Under the pieces are notes generated by a model that saw only the letters and a program-made list of their open reading frames with translations, made no database searches and was not told the DNA's origin. A program made the translations under genes and the position numbers. Positions 25,087-33,337 of a DNA stretch of 64,000 bases are shown here, piece by piece. Source of the stretch: Thermoanaerobaculia bacterium (GTDB lineage: Bacteria; Acidobacteriota; Thermoanaerobaculia; UBA5066; Gp7-AA6). How positions within the stretch are numbered: position 1 is the first letter of the stretch; each line of letters opens with the position of its first letter. The stretch lies in NCBI GenBank assembly GCA_036493875.1, contig DASXPB010000050.1, forward strand, positions 14,577-78,576, read 5' to 3'.

Positions 25087-27516
25087 TCAGACCTCCACCC
25101 TCAGGGCCTCCTGGGGATCGAGGTTCGCCGCGCGCCGCGCCGGGATCGCGCACGCGAGCAGCGCGACGAGCAGGAGCAGCACGCCGACGACGGCGAGTGT
25201 CACCGGATCGTGCGTGCGCGTCTCGAAGAGGACGCTCGACAGGACCCGGGAGAGCGCGAGCGCGGCGACGAGCCCGAGGGCGAGACCCGAGAGCGCCAGG
25301 GCCATGCCCTCGCGGAGCACGAGCCGACGCACCGCCGCGCGGTCCGCGCCGAGCGCGATCCGCACGCCGATCTCCCGCGTGCGCCGCGCGACCGAAAAGG
25401 AGATCACGCCGTAGACGCCGATGGCCGCGAGCAGCAGGGCCGCGGCGCCGAACACGCCGACGAGGAGGGTCAGGAAGCGCGGACCCGCGACCGTCTCGGC
25501 GACCACCTCCGTGAGGGGCTGCATGTCCGAGATGGCCTGGTTCGGGTCCAGGCGGTGGATCGCGGCGCGCGCGGACGCGGCGAGGGCGGTCGGGTCGCCC
25601 TGCGTGCGCAGGTAGAACTTGAGCGAGCCGCGCGGGAAGATCGACATGGGGACGTACATCGTGGCGAACGGCGTCTGGCCGAGCCCCTCCTGCCGGACGT
25701 CGCCGACGACGCCGATGACCTCGAGGCGCTGCTTCCCCCCGAAGACCAGGCCCTTGCCGATGGGATCGGCATCGCCCCAGAGCGTGCGCGCGAGCTTCCG
25801 ATTGACGAGCAGGACGGTCTTCTCCGTCTCGATGTCCGAGTCGGTGAAGTCGCGTCCCCGGAGGATGGGGATGCCCAGGGCGGAGAAGTACCCCGGGCTC
25901 ACGATGATCGCACCGCCCGGCGCCTTGTACTTCTCGAGGTCGGGCCGGCCCTCGACGAGCACGGGGTAGGGCTCGCCCCCGCCGTGCAGCGGGAGGGTCT
26001 TGCTGAGGCCCGCCGCGGCGACGCCGGGGAGGGCGCGGAGCGCCGCGAGCATCCGCGCGCGGTACGGCCCGTCCTTCTCCGCGTTGTACACGTCCGACGG
26101 CACGACGACCGAGAGCGTCAGCACGGATTCCGCGCGGAGGCCCGGGTCCGCGTGAGTCAGGCGCCAGAAGCTGCGCACGAGGAGTCCGGCGCCGACGAGG
26201 AGCGCGACGGCGAGCGTGATCTCGCCGACGACCAGCCCTCGCCGCAGCGAGCGCGCGGCGCGGGAGTCGGTGCCTCCGCGGGCACCGGAGCCCTCGAGAG
26301 CACCGCGCACGCTGCCGCGAGCGGCGGCGAGCGCGGGGAGCAGGCCGAACGCGATGCCGGTCGCGACGGAGAGGAGGACGGCGAAGAGAACGACGCCGGA
26401 GTCCATGCGGATCCCCGAGGCGCGGGGGACGTGACCGCCGGCGAAACTCATCAGCCCGTCGATCCCCCAGCGGGCGAGGAGCAGGCCGAGCAGGCCGCCG
26501 GTGAAGGACAGCAGCAGGCTCTCGGTGAGCAGCTGCCGGACCAGGCGGCCGCGCCCGGCGCCGAGCGCCGCGCGGATGGCGATCTCGCGCCGGCGCACGC
26601 TCGCGCGGGCGAGCAGCAGGTTGGCGACGTTGACGCAGCCGATCAGCAGGACGAGGGAGACCGCGCCGAGGAGGAGGGCGATCGGCTTGCGGACGTCGCC
26701 GGTCACGGCGGTCGCGAGCGGAACGACGAGCGCGTGCTCGAAGCCCTTGTTGCTGTCCGGGTATTGCTGCGCGAGCCGCGCATAGAGCGCCTCGATGCCC
26801 GCGCGCGCCTGCGGGAGCGTCGCCCCGGGCGCCAGCCGCCCGACGACGTCGAGCCAGCGGATCTCGCGCCGGTGCGGCGTCGAGTCCTCGCCCAGGTTGG
26901 AGAGCGGCATCCAGAGGTCGACCTCGGCCGACGGGAACTCGAAGCCCGGCGGCATCACGCCGACGACCTCGAACGGCGTCCCATCGAGGACGAGCGGCCG
27001 GCCGATCATCGAGCGGTCCCCGCCGAAGCGGCGCTTCCAGAGCGACGTCGAGATGACCGCGACGTGATTCTTGCCCTCCCGGTCGTCGTCCGCGGTCAGG
27101 AACCGCCCCGCGGCGGCCGGCATCCCGAGCGTCTCGAAGAATGCTCCGTCGACATTGGCGGCCGGCAGCCGCTCGGGCTCCCCGGCGCCGGTCAACGAGG
27201 CCGTGGAGAGCCCGGGGAAGTACGTCCACGCCGACGCCGAGGCGAGTCCCGGGTGCGCGGCCTTCAGGTCCTCGATGTCCTGAGGCGAGAACGTCGGGCG
27301 CGCGACGACCGTGTCGGGACGGACGTGTCCGATGCGGACGAGACGGTCGGGGTCGCGGAAGGGGAGCGGTCGGAGCAGGACGCCGTTCGCGATGCTGAAG
27401 ATCGCCACCACCGATCCGATGCCGAGCGCGAGCGTCGCGAGAACCAGGGCGGTGAACCCGGGATTCTTGGCAAAGGCGCGCCGTGCGTAACGGAGGTCGT
27501 CCATCAGCGTGGTCAT
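25087..27516 (-). CDS. ADOP-type duplicated FtsX/MacB-like ABC permease, paralog P2 (809 aa)
   Basis: Track ORF 25087..27693 trimmed to ATG at 27516: [41 protein letters not shown]. Signatures [32 protein letters not shown] and [17 protein letters not shown]. Ends ARRAANLDPQEALRVEV. Strong GAAGGAGGA SD upstream. Confidence 0.9.
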   Translation of the reverse strand: MTTLMDDLRYARRAFAKNPGFTALVLATLALGIGSVVAIFSIANGVLLRPLPFRDPDRLVRIGHVRPDTVVARPTFSPQDIEDLKAAHPGLASASAWTYFPGLSTASLTGAGEPERLPAANVDGAFFETLGMPAAAGRFLTADDDREGKNHVAVISTSLWKRRFGGDRSMIGRPLVLDGTPFEVVGVMPPGFEFPSAEVDLWMPLSNLGEDSTPHRREIRWLDVVGRLAPGATLPQARAGIEALYARLAQQYPDSNKGFEHALVVPLATAVTGDVRKPIALLLGAVSLVLLIGCVNVANLLLARASVRRREIAIRAALGAGRGRLVRQLLTESLLLSFTGGLLGLLLARWGIDGLMSFAGGHVPRASGIRMDSGVVLFAVLLSVATGIAFGLLPALAAARGSVRGALEGSGARGGTDSRAARSLRRGLVVGEITLAVALLVGAGLLVRSFWRLTHADPGLRAESVLTLSVVVPSDVYNAEKDGPYRARMLAALRALPGVAAAGLSKTLPLHGGGEPYPVLVEGRPDLEKYKAPGGAIIVSPGYFSALGIPILRGRDFTDSDIETEKTVLLVNRKLARTLWGDADPIGKGLVFGGKQRLEVIGVVGDVRQEGLGQTPFATMYVPMSIFPRGSLKFYLRTQGDPTALAASARAAIHRLDPNQAISDMQPLTEVVAETVAGPRFLTLLVGVFGAAALLLAAIGVYGVISFSVARRTREIGVRIALGADRAAVRRLVLREGMALALSGLALGLVAALALSRVLSSVLFETRTHDPVTLAVVGVLLLLVALLACAIPARRAANLDPQEALRVEV

Positions 27517-27556
27517 CGGTCCTCCTTCGAAACCTCGTCGGGAAGCACGCCGATCC

Positions 27557-30118
27557 TCATTCGGTGCGTAGGGCGACGATCGGATCGACCCGCGCCGCGC
27601 GGCGGGCGGGGAGAAACGCGGCCAGCGCGGCGATCGCCAGAAGGAGAGCCGACACCGAGAGCAGCGTGACGGGATCGTCGGCGCGGATGCCATAGACCAT
27701 GCTCGCGACGGTCCGGCCGAGCGCGAGGGACGCGCCCAGACCCAGGATCAGGCCGAGCGCCGCCGGTCGCATCCCCTGCGCGACGATCATGCGGACCACG
27801 TCGTCCCCGCGGGCGCCGAGCGCCATTCGGATTCCGATCTCGTTGGTGCGCTGCGCGACCGAGTACGCCAGGATGCCGAACAGGCCGATCGCGGCGAGGG
27901 CGAGCGCCAGCGCACCGAAGAACGTCAGAATCTCCGCGTACACGCGCTCGCGGGCCAGGGTCGACCGCGACCGCGCCGTCTGGGTCCCGATCTCGGTGAC
28001 GGGGAGATTGGGGTCCAGATCCCTCACGGCGGCCTGCACGCCGGCAGCCAGGCTCGCCGGGTCCTGAGCGGAACGGAGCGCGAAGTACATCTCGTCGACC
28101 ATGTCGGACTCCGACTCCTGACGCCAGGGCGTGTAGAGCAGCGGCGCAATCTCGCTCCGCTGGTTCTCGTACTTCGTGTCGGCGACGACTCCGACGATCT
28201 CGACTTCGCGTTTCTCGTCGGCGTCCTGGATCCGCTGGCCGACCGGGTCGGCGTTCGGAAAGTAGCGGCGCACGAACTCCTGATTGACGACGGCGACGCC
28301 CGGCGCCTTCTCGCCGTCGCGGGCGTCGAAGGCGCGTCCCCGGAGCTTCGGGATCTCGAGGGCCTGAAAGTAGTTCTCGCGGATCGCCTGCCGGTTGACG
28401 TTGTGGAACGGGGCGGTCTGGGCGTTCTCTCCCGGCAGCAGGACGTTGACGTTCCAGCTGTACTCGGCGATTGGAGGAATGCGGCTGAACGTCGCCTCGC
28501 GCACGCCCGGCAAAGCGTCCAGCCGCGCCAGGAGGCGGTCGTCGAACTGCAGGAGGCGCGCGCCGGTGTATCCGACCTGCCCCGGCCGGAGCGTGAAGAC
28601 GAGCAGCTGTTCCTGGTTGAAGCCGAGGGGGACACGGCTCAGGTTGTGGAGGGTTCGGAGCAGCAGTCCCGCGCCCGCGAGGAGGAGCACGGACAGGGCG
28701 ACCTGAACGACCACCAGCCCGCCTCCGAGGCGGGTGCGTGTCACGGTGCGGCGGTTCTGTTTGAGCGCGGTGACCAGGTCAATGTCGCTCGCGCGCCAGG
28801 CGGGAGCCGATCCGAAGAGCAGAGCGGTCAGTCCGGTCAGCCCCACGGTGAAGCCGAGGACGGACCAGGTCAGCCCGCCCGAGATGCCGCTCGGAAGAAT
28901 CCCGACTTCGCCTTCGGAGAGCGCGGCCATAGCGCTCGTGCCCCAGAGCGAAAAGATCACTCCCGCAACGCCGGCGAGGGCCGCGATGAGGAAACTCTCC
29001 GTGAGAAGCTGACGGACCAGGCGTCCCCGGCTCGCGCCCAGGGCGAGGCGGGTGCGGATCTCGGCGGAGCGCAGCGCCGAGCGGGCGAGCATCAGGTTCG
29101 CGAGGTTGGCGCAGGCGATCAGCAGCACGACGCCGACGACCGCGAAGAGCGCCGCGATGCCGGTCGAATAGCGCTGACGGCGCTCCATCAGTCCCTGTCC
29201 GCCGGCGCGTACGATCAGCCGCGGGTAGTCCTTCGGCGCGAGGCGCGCGGGCTCGTTGTCTCGGGTAGGCGGCGGCATGACGTCCAGCGCGGCAACCTGG
29301 AAGACGCCGGCGAGGCTCTCGAGCGCCTGCTCCTCCGTCGCGCCGGGCGCGAGGCGTCCCATGACGTTGAGAAACCACCGACTCCGTCCGTCCTTCGGGG
29401 TCAGGGCGCTCGCATCGCCCAGCAGGGCCGATTCGAACGCGAGCGGCACCGTGACCTCGGCGCGATAGTCCACCTGCAGGGTGCCGACGAACGCGGAGGG
29501 ATTCACGCCGACGACCGTGAACGCCAGACGGTTGAGCGTCAAGGGACGTCCGACGACCGCCGGGTCGCCGCCGAATTGTTCCTGCCAGAACCGGTGACTG
29601 ATCACGACGACCGGAGCGGCGCCGGGCCGGTCGTCGGACTCGACGATCTCGCGGCCCAGAATCGGCCGGACGCCGACGCCCTCGAAATAGGTGCCCGTGA
29701 CCGCCTGACCCCGGACGACCTGCGCGCGATCGTGCGCGACGGCCGTGATCTCGTAGAGCGGCGCGAACGCGAAGAAGTCGGCGAGCGGACCGTTCGGCGC
29801 CGCGGCGCGCGCCTGGCGCATGCGGTCGAAGACGTCGTACCGGAAGATCGACGCGCCCGTCGTGCCGGGCGGCGTCTTCGTGGAGGGGCCGCGCCGTCCG
29901 GACGTCCGGAAGGGCTCGCCGGCCCTCCACTCGAACAGGACCAGCCGCGCGGGCTCCCGAACCGGCAGCGAACGGAGAAGGACCGTCTCGCAGACGCCGA
30001 AGAGCGCGGTGTTGGCGCCGATGCCGAGGCCGAGCGTGAGGACCGCGAGCGCCGTGAACCCGGGATTGCGAACGAGCCAGCGCGCCGCGTAGCGCAGATC
30101 CTGGACTACGCCGCTCAT
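27557..30118 (-). CDS. ADOP-type duplicated FtsX/MacB-like ABC permease, paralog P1 (853 aa, largest)
   Basis: [41 protein letters not shown]. Signatures [32 protein letters not shown] and VAQRTNEIGIRMALGAR. Ends [16 protein letters not shown]. The ATG shares one base with the stop of the ATPase gene (TGATG at 30116-30120). Confidence 0.92.
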   Translation of the reverse strand: MSGVVQDLRYAARWLVRNPGFTALAVLTLGLGIGANTALFGVCETVLLRSLPVREPARLVLFEWRAGEPFRTSGRRGPSTKTPPGTTGASIFRYDVFDRMRQARAAAPNGPLADFFAFAPLYEITAVAHDRAQVVRGQAVTGTYFEGVGVRPILGREIVESDDRPGAAPVVVISHRFWQEQFGGDPAVVGRPLTLNRLAFTVVGVNPSAFVGTLQVDYRAEVTVPLAFESALLGDASALTPKDGRSRWFLNVMGRLAPGATEEQALESLAGVFQVAALDVMPPPTRDNEPARLAPKDYPRLIVRAGGQGLMERRQRYSTGIAALFAVVGVVLLIACANLANLMLARSALRSAEIRTRLALGASRGRLVRQLLTESFLIAALAGVAGVIFSLWGTSAMAALSEGEVGILPSGISGGLTWSVLGFTVGLTGLTALLFGSAPAWRASDIDLVTALKQNRRTVTRTRLGGGLVVVQVALSVLLLAGAGLLLRTLHNLSRVPLGFNQEQLLVFTLRPGQVGYTGARLLQFDDRLLARLDALPGVREATFSRIPPIAEYSWNVNVLLPGENAQTAPFHNVNRQAIRENYFQALEIPKLRGRAFDARDGEKAPGVAVVNQEFVRRYFPNADPVGQRIQDADEKREVEIVGVVADTKYENQRSEIAPLLYTPWRQESESDMVDEMYFALRSAQDPASLAAGVQAAVRDLDPNLPVTEIGTQTARSRSTLARERVYAEILTFFGALALALAAIGLFGILAYSVAQRTNEIGIRMALGARGDDVVRMIVAQGMRPAALGLILGLGASLALGRTVASMVYGIRADDPVTLLSVSALLLAIAALAAFLPARRAARVDPIVALRTE

Positions 30119-30879
30119 CAGCTCACCCGGTACCCGCTCTCCTTGAGCTGCTCCTCCGAGTGGGCGCGCTCCTCGCCCTTCTCCTCCTCGACGACGCGCC
30201 CGTCGAAGAGGTGGATCGAGCGTCCGGCGTGTTTGGCGAATCGCTGATCGTGCGTGACCATGCAGATCGTGGCGCCCGCGCGGTGCAGGTCCTGGAGCAG
30301 GCTCATCACGGCCTCGCCGTTGACCGAGTCCAGGTTTCCGGTCGGCTCGTCGGCGAGAAGGATGAGCGGCGAGCCCGCGATGGCGCGGGCAACCGCGACG
30401 CGCTGCTGCTGACCTCCCGAGAGCTGCGACGGGAAGTGCTTCATGCGGTGCGCCATGCCGACCTTCTCGAGGGACTCCTGCACGCGCTTCTTGCGCTCGT
30501 GCGCCGGCATCCCGCGGTAGGTCAGCGGCAGCTCCACGTTCTCGTACACCGAGAGGTCGCCGATCAGGTTGAAGCTCTGGAAGATGAAGCCGATCTCGCG
30601 GTTGCGGATGCGCGCCCGCTCCGACAGCGAGAGCGACTCCGCGGGCTTGCCGTTCAACCAGTACTTGCCCTCCGTCGGCGAGTCGAGAAGCCCCAGCAGG
30701 GACAGCAGCGTGGACTTGCCGCAGCCCGAGGGACCTGCGATCGAGACGTACTCCCCGTGGGCGATCTCCAGGTGAACGCCCGAGAGCGCGTGCGTCTCGA
30801 CCTCGTCGGTGAAAAACACCTTCGTCACACCGTCCAGCTTGATGACCGGATGTCCGTTAGAGCTCATGCCTTCCCTCAC
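30118..30879 (-). CDS. Stand-alone ABC transporter ATP-binding protein (MacB-type NBD), copy 1 (253 aa from GTG 30879; alternative ATG at 30867)
   Basis: Walker A GPSGCGKST, Q-loop FIFQSFNLI, signature LSGGQQQRVAVARAI, Walker B LILLADEPTGNLD, H-loop MVTHD. Unusual charged C-terminal tail EEEKGEERAHSEEQLKESGYRVS. Starts 6 nt after the stop of the adaptor gene. Confidence 0.93.
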   Translation of the reverse strand: MREGMSSNGHPVIKLDGVTKVFFTDEVETHALSGVHLEIAHGEYVSIAGPSGCGKSTLLSLLGLLDSPTEGKYWLNGKPAESLSLSERARIRNREIGFIFQSFNLIGDLSVYENVELPLTYRGMPAHERKKRVQESLEKVGMAHRMKHFPSQLSGGQQQRVAVARAIAGSPLILLADEPTGNLDSVNGEAVMSLLQDLHRAGATICMVTHDQRFAKHAGRSIHLFDGRVVEEEKGEERAHSEEQLKESGYRVS

Positions 30880-30885
30880 TTCTCC

Positions 30886-32190
30886 TCACTTCAGGCGGAC
30901 CCTGTCGTATGCGTCCCACGCGCTCATGTCCGAGAGAATCACCTTGTCGCCGGGCTTCAGCCCCTCGACGATCTCCACCGTGTTCACCGAACTCTTCCCG
31001 AGCTTGACCTTCACCCGCGTCGCCTCGTCGCCGTCCTCGTTCACCCGGAACAGGCCGACCTGGCTCTTCTCCTGCCCGAACGCCGGCCGCCCCACGTAGA
31101 GCACGTCCTTCAGCCGGTCCAGCTCGATGGTCCCGTCCACCGAGAGGTCGGGGCGGGCGCCCATCGGGAGCTCGCCCTCGAGAGTGACGTCGACGGTGAC
31201 CGTTCCGTTCTGCACAGCCGGGTCGATGCGCGCGACTTTTCCGGCCACGAGGCCGTTGCGGGTGTCGATCGAGGCCGGCTGGCCGATCTGGACGTCCTTC
31301 GCCTGGGTCTCGGCGATCTTGAGCTGCGCCTTCAGGTGGGTCGGCTCGGCGACCTTGGCGATGGTCGTGCCGGGGGCGACCTGCTGGCCGACCTGCACGG
31401 GCAGCTCCTGGAGGACGCCCGGGATCCCCGCCCGCACGTGAAGCGCCTCCTTCTGCTCCCGCTTGAGGTTCGCGAGGGCCCGAAGCTGATCGACCGTCGC
31501 CTCCTGGACCGCGACCTGCGCCTTGGCGGACTCGTCGACGGTCGCGACGCGCTTCTCCTCGATGGCGTTGCGCGTGGCGAGCTCCTCGGCGCGGACCTTC
31601 GAGAGCTTCAGGATGAGCGCGGCGACGAGGCCCTCTTTGTAGAGTCCCTCGTTCGTCTCGGCCTGCAGCTCGGCCTGGTGGTAGTCGGAGCGTACGGTGG
31701 CCGCCGCCGCCTGCTGGTCCATGACGTCGCGCTGGGCCTTCGCCTTCACGTTGGCGAGCTCGGCCTGGGCGGCGCGGAACTGCGACTCGGACTCGAGCGC
31801 CAGGCGCTCGACCTCCGGGTTCGACATCTCGACGAGGATCGAGTCGGGCTTGACCGGCGCGCCCGGCAGGATGACGAGCCGCTCCACGCGCCCGTTGGTC
31901 TCGGCGGAGATGTACCGGATCTCCTGGGGCACGAGGGTGCCGGGTCCGCGAACCTGGCGCAGCATCGGTCCCCGCTTGACCGTATCCATCCAGACCGTGC
32001 TCTTCTCGACCGTCGGCGCGGCGGGCTTCAAGCGGGAGAGACCCAGGGTGATGAGGAGAACCGCGACCGCTCCGGCGGCCGCGAGCACGAGCCGCTTCTT
32101 GCGGCGCTTCTCGGAAACGTCTTCGCGGATGATGTCCACGGGGATCCCTAAGGGCGAGAAGCGTGCCAGCCGTCGTTCATCGTAAGTCAT
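30886..32190 (-). CDS. MacA/HlyD-family periplasmic adaptor (membrane fusion protein)
   Basis: Track ORF 30886..32199 starts at TTG; ATG at 32190 (MTYDERRLARF...) is more likely. Single N-terminal TM (LVLAAAGAVAVLLITLGL). Lipoyl-like segment (GRVERLVILPGAPVKPDSILVEMSNPEV). Long coiled-coil (ESESQFRAAQAELANVKAKAQRDVMDQQAAAATVRSDYHQAELQAE...KVRAEELATRNAIEEKR). C-terminal beta-barrel/MP-like part. Sits directly upstream of the NBD plus FtsX-type permeases. Confidence 0.88.
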   Translation of the reverse strand: MTYDERRLARFSPLGIPVDIIREDVSEKRRKKRLVLAAAGAVAVLLITLGLSRLKPAAPTVEKSTVWMDTVKRGPMLRQVRGPGTLVPQEIRYISAETNGRVERLVILPGAPVKPDSILVEMSNPEVERLALESESQFRAAQAELANVKAKAQRDVMDQQAAAATVRSDYHQAELQAETNEGLYKEGLVAALILKLSKVRAEELATRNAIEEKRVATVDESAKAQVAVQEATVDQLRALANLKREQKEALHVRAGIPGVLQELPVQVGQQVAPGTTIAKVAEPTHLKAQLKIAETQAKDVQIGQPASIDTRNGLVAGKVARIDPAVQNGTVTVDVTLEGELPMGARPDLSVDGTIELDRLKDVLYVGRPAFGQEKSQVGLFRVNEDGDEATRVKVKLGKSSVNTVEIVEGLKPGDKVILSDMSAWDAYDRVRLK

Positions 32191-32281
32191 TGGGGCCAAA
32201 GGGGTCCGAGCCTCGGAGTCCTCCCCGCCCTGGCCGCTCCCGGGACGCGGGTGTCCGATTCCGAACGCCTGGGCGCTTCCT

Positions 32282-33337
32282 TCAGCTCCGCCCGTGGATC
32301 TTCATGTCCACGAGGTCGTCGACCGACACGTTCTTGTAGGCGGCCTTCATCTTCTTCACGTAGTCGATCGAGACGCCGTGAATCTTCATGCTCACCAGAT
32401 CGTCCGCGGGGACGTCGCGGTATCCCAGGCCCTGGAGCTCGCGGACGTAGTCCGGCGTCACGCCGTGGATCCGCATGCTGACGAGGTCGTCGACGGAGAG
32501 GCTCTTGTAGCCGAGGGACTGGAGCTCCCGGACGAACTCGGGGGTGGCCTCGTGGATCCGCATGCTGACGAGATCGTCGGCCGGGAGATTCGCGTAGCCG
32601 AGCGCCTTCAGAGCGCGCACGAACTCGGGGGTCGCCTCGTGGATTCGCATGCTGACGAGGTCGTCCGCCGTGAGGTTCGTGTATCCCAGGGACTTCAGCT
32701 CTCGGATGAAGTCGGGGGTCGCCTCGTGGATGCGCATGCTCACGAGGTCGTCGACGGGGAGAGAGGAATAGCCCAGCGCCGTGAGCTCCCGGATGAACGC
32801 CGCGTCCGCGCCGTGGATCCGCATCGAGAGCAGGTCGTCGAGCGGGACCTTCTTGTAGCCGAGCGCGTCCAGCTCCTGGATGAACGCGCGAGAGACGTCG
32901 TGGACCGCGAGCGAGAAGAGCTCGTCCGCGTCGGGCTTCCGGTAGCCCATCTTCGTCAGCGCGGCGAGGTACTCGGGATTCTCCGAGAAGGAGAAGCTGC
33001 CCGAGCCCCCCGAGGCGCCGAGCGCGCCGTCGAAGGTGATCGTCCCGGCGTCGCGCACGAGCTGGAAGTGCGCCGGAGCCTCGGCGGTTCCGGCGGGCCG
33101 CGTCAGGCCCTGGAAATCGGAGAGCTTGTAGTCGTCGGAGCTCGACCAGTTCCCATGCCCGTCGGCGCGCCGCTTCATCGTGAGCTCGATCCAGCCGTCC
33201 TTGTCGAAATCCAGGATCCAGCGGCCGCTCGTGCTCGTGCTCGAGGGAGGCGCTGGCGAGCCGGTGGGGAGTCCCGCGACCGTCAGGGGCGCGGCGAGCA
33301 GGAGCAGGGCGAGTCCGAGGCGGAGGGGCGTCTTCAT
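32282..33337 (-). CDS. Secreted protein (351 aa) with an N-terminal unknown domain and 7.5 copies of a 29-aa DDLVSMRIHGxTPEFVRELxxLGY repeat
   Basis: Track ORF 32282..35098 trimmed to ATG at 33337, which overlaps the blaR1-like stop as ATGA. Signal peptide MKTPLRLGLALLLLAAPLTVAG. The repeats share their consensus with the C-terminal domain of the upstream M56 protein. I recognise no known family for the repeat. Confidence 0.8.
   Translation of the reverse strand: MKTPLRLGLALLLLAAPLTVAGLPTGSPAPPSSTSTSGRWILDFDKDGWIELTMKRRADGHGNWSSSDDYKLSDFQGLTRPAGTAEAPAHFQLVRDAGTITFDGALGASGGSGSFSFSENPEYLAALTKMGYRKPDADELFSLAVHDVSRAFIQELDALGYKKVPLDDLLSMRIHGADAAFIRELTALGYSSLPVDDLVSMRIHEATPDFIRELKSLGYTNLTADDLVSMRIHEATPEFVRALKALGYANLPADDLVSMRIHEATPEFVRELQSLGYKSLSVDDLVSMRIHGVTPDYVRELQGLGYRDVPADDLVSMKIHGVSIDYVKKMKAAYKNVSVDDLVDMKIHGRS
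32285..32926 (-). repeat. In-frame tandem 87-nt (29-aa) coding repeats, 7 full units plus 1 truncated
   Basis: Units: DELFSLAVHDVSRAFIQELDALGYKKVPL / DDLLSMRIHGADAAFIRELTALGYSSLPV / DDLVSMRIHEATPDFIRELKSLGYTNLTA / DDLVSMRIHEATPEFVRALKALGYANLPA / DDLVSMRIHEATPEFVRELQSLGYKSLSV / DDLVSMRIHGVTPDYVRELQGLGYRDVPA / DDLVSMKIHGVSIDYVKKMKAAYKNVSV / DDLVDMKIHGRS. Confidence 0.9.

Noticed and set aside
22670-27229. 1519-aa minus-strand ORF suggesting a giant fused permease
   Set aside because: The N-terminal 715 residues are an out-of-frame read-through across P2. The family N-terminal motif ([19 protein letters not shown]) begins at ATG 25084, 2 nt after the P2 stop.
32205-32226. Weak hairpin (TCCG-agcct-CGGA) in the 91-nt gap upstream of the adaptor gene, considered as a terminator
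   Set aside because: The stem is only 4-6 bp and there is no U-tract on the transcribed strand, so it is not credible as an intrinsic terminator.
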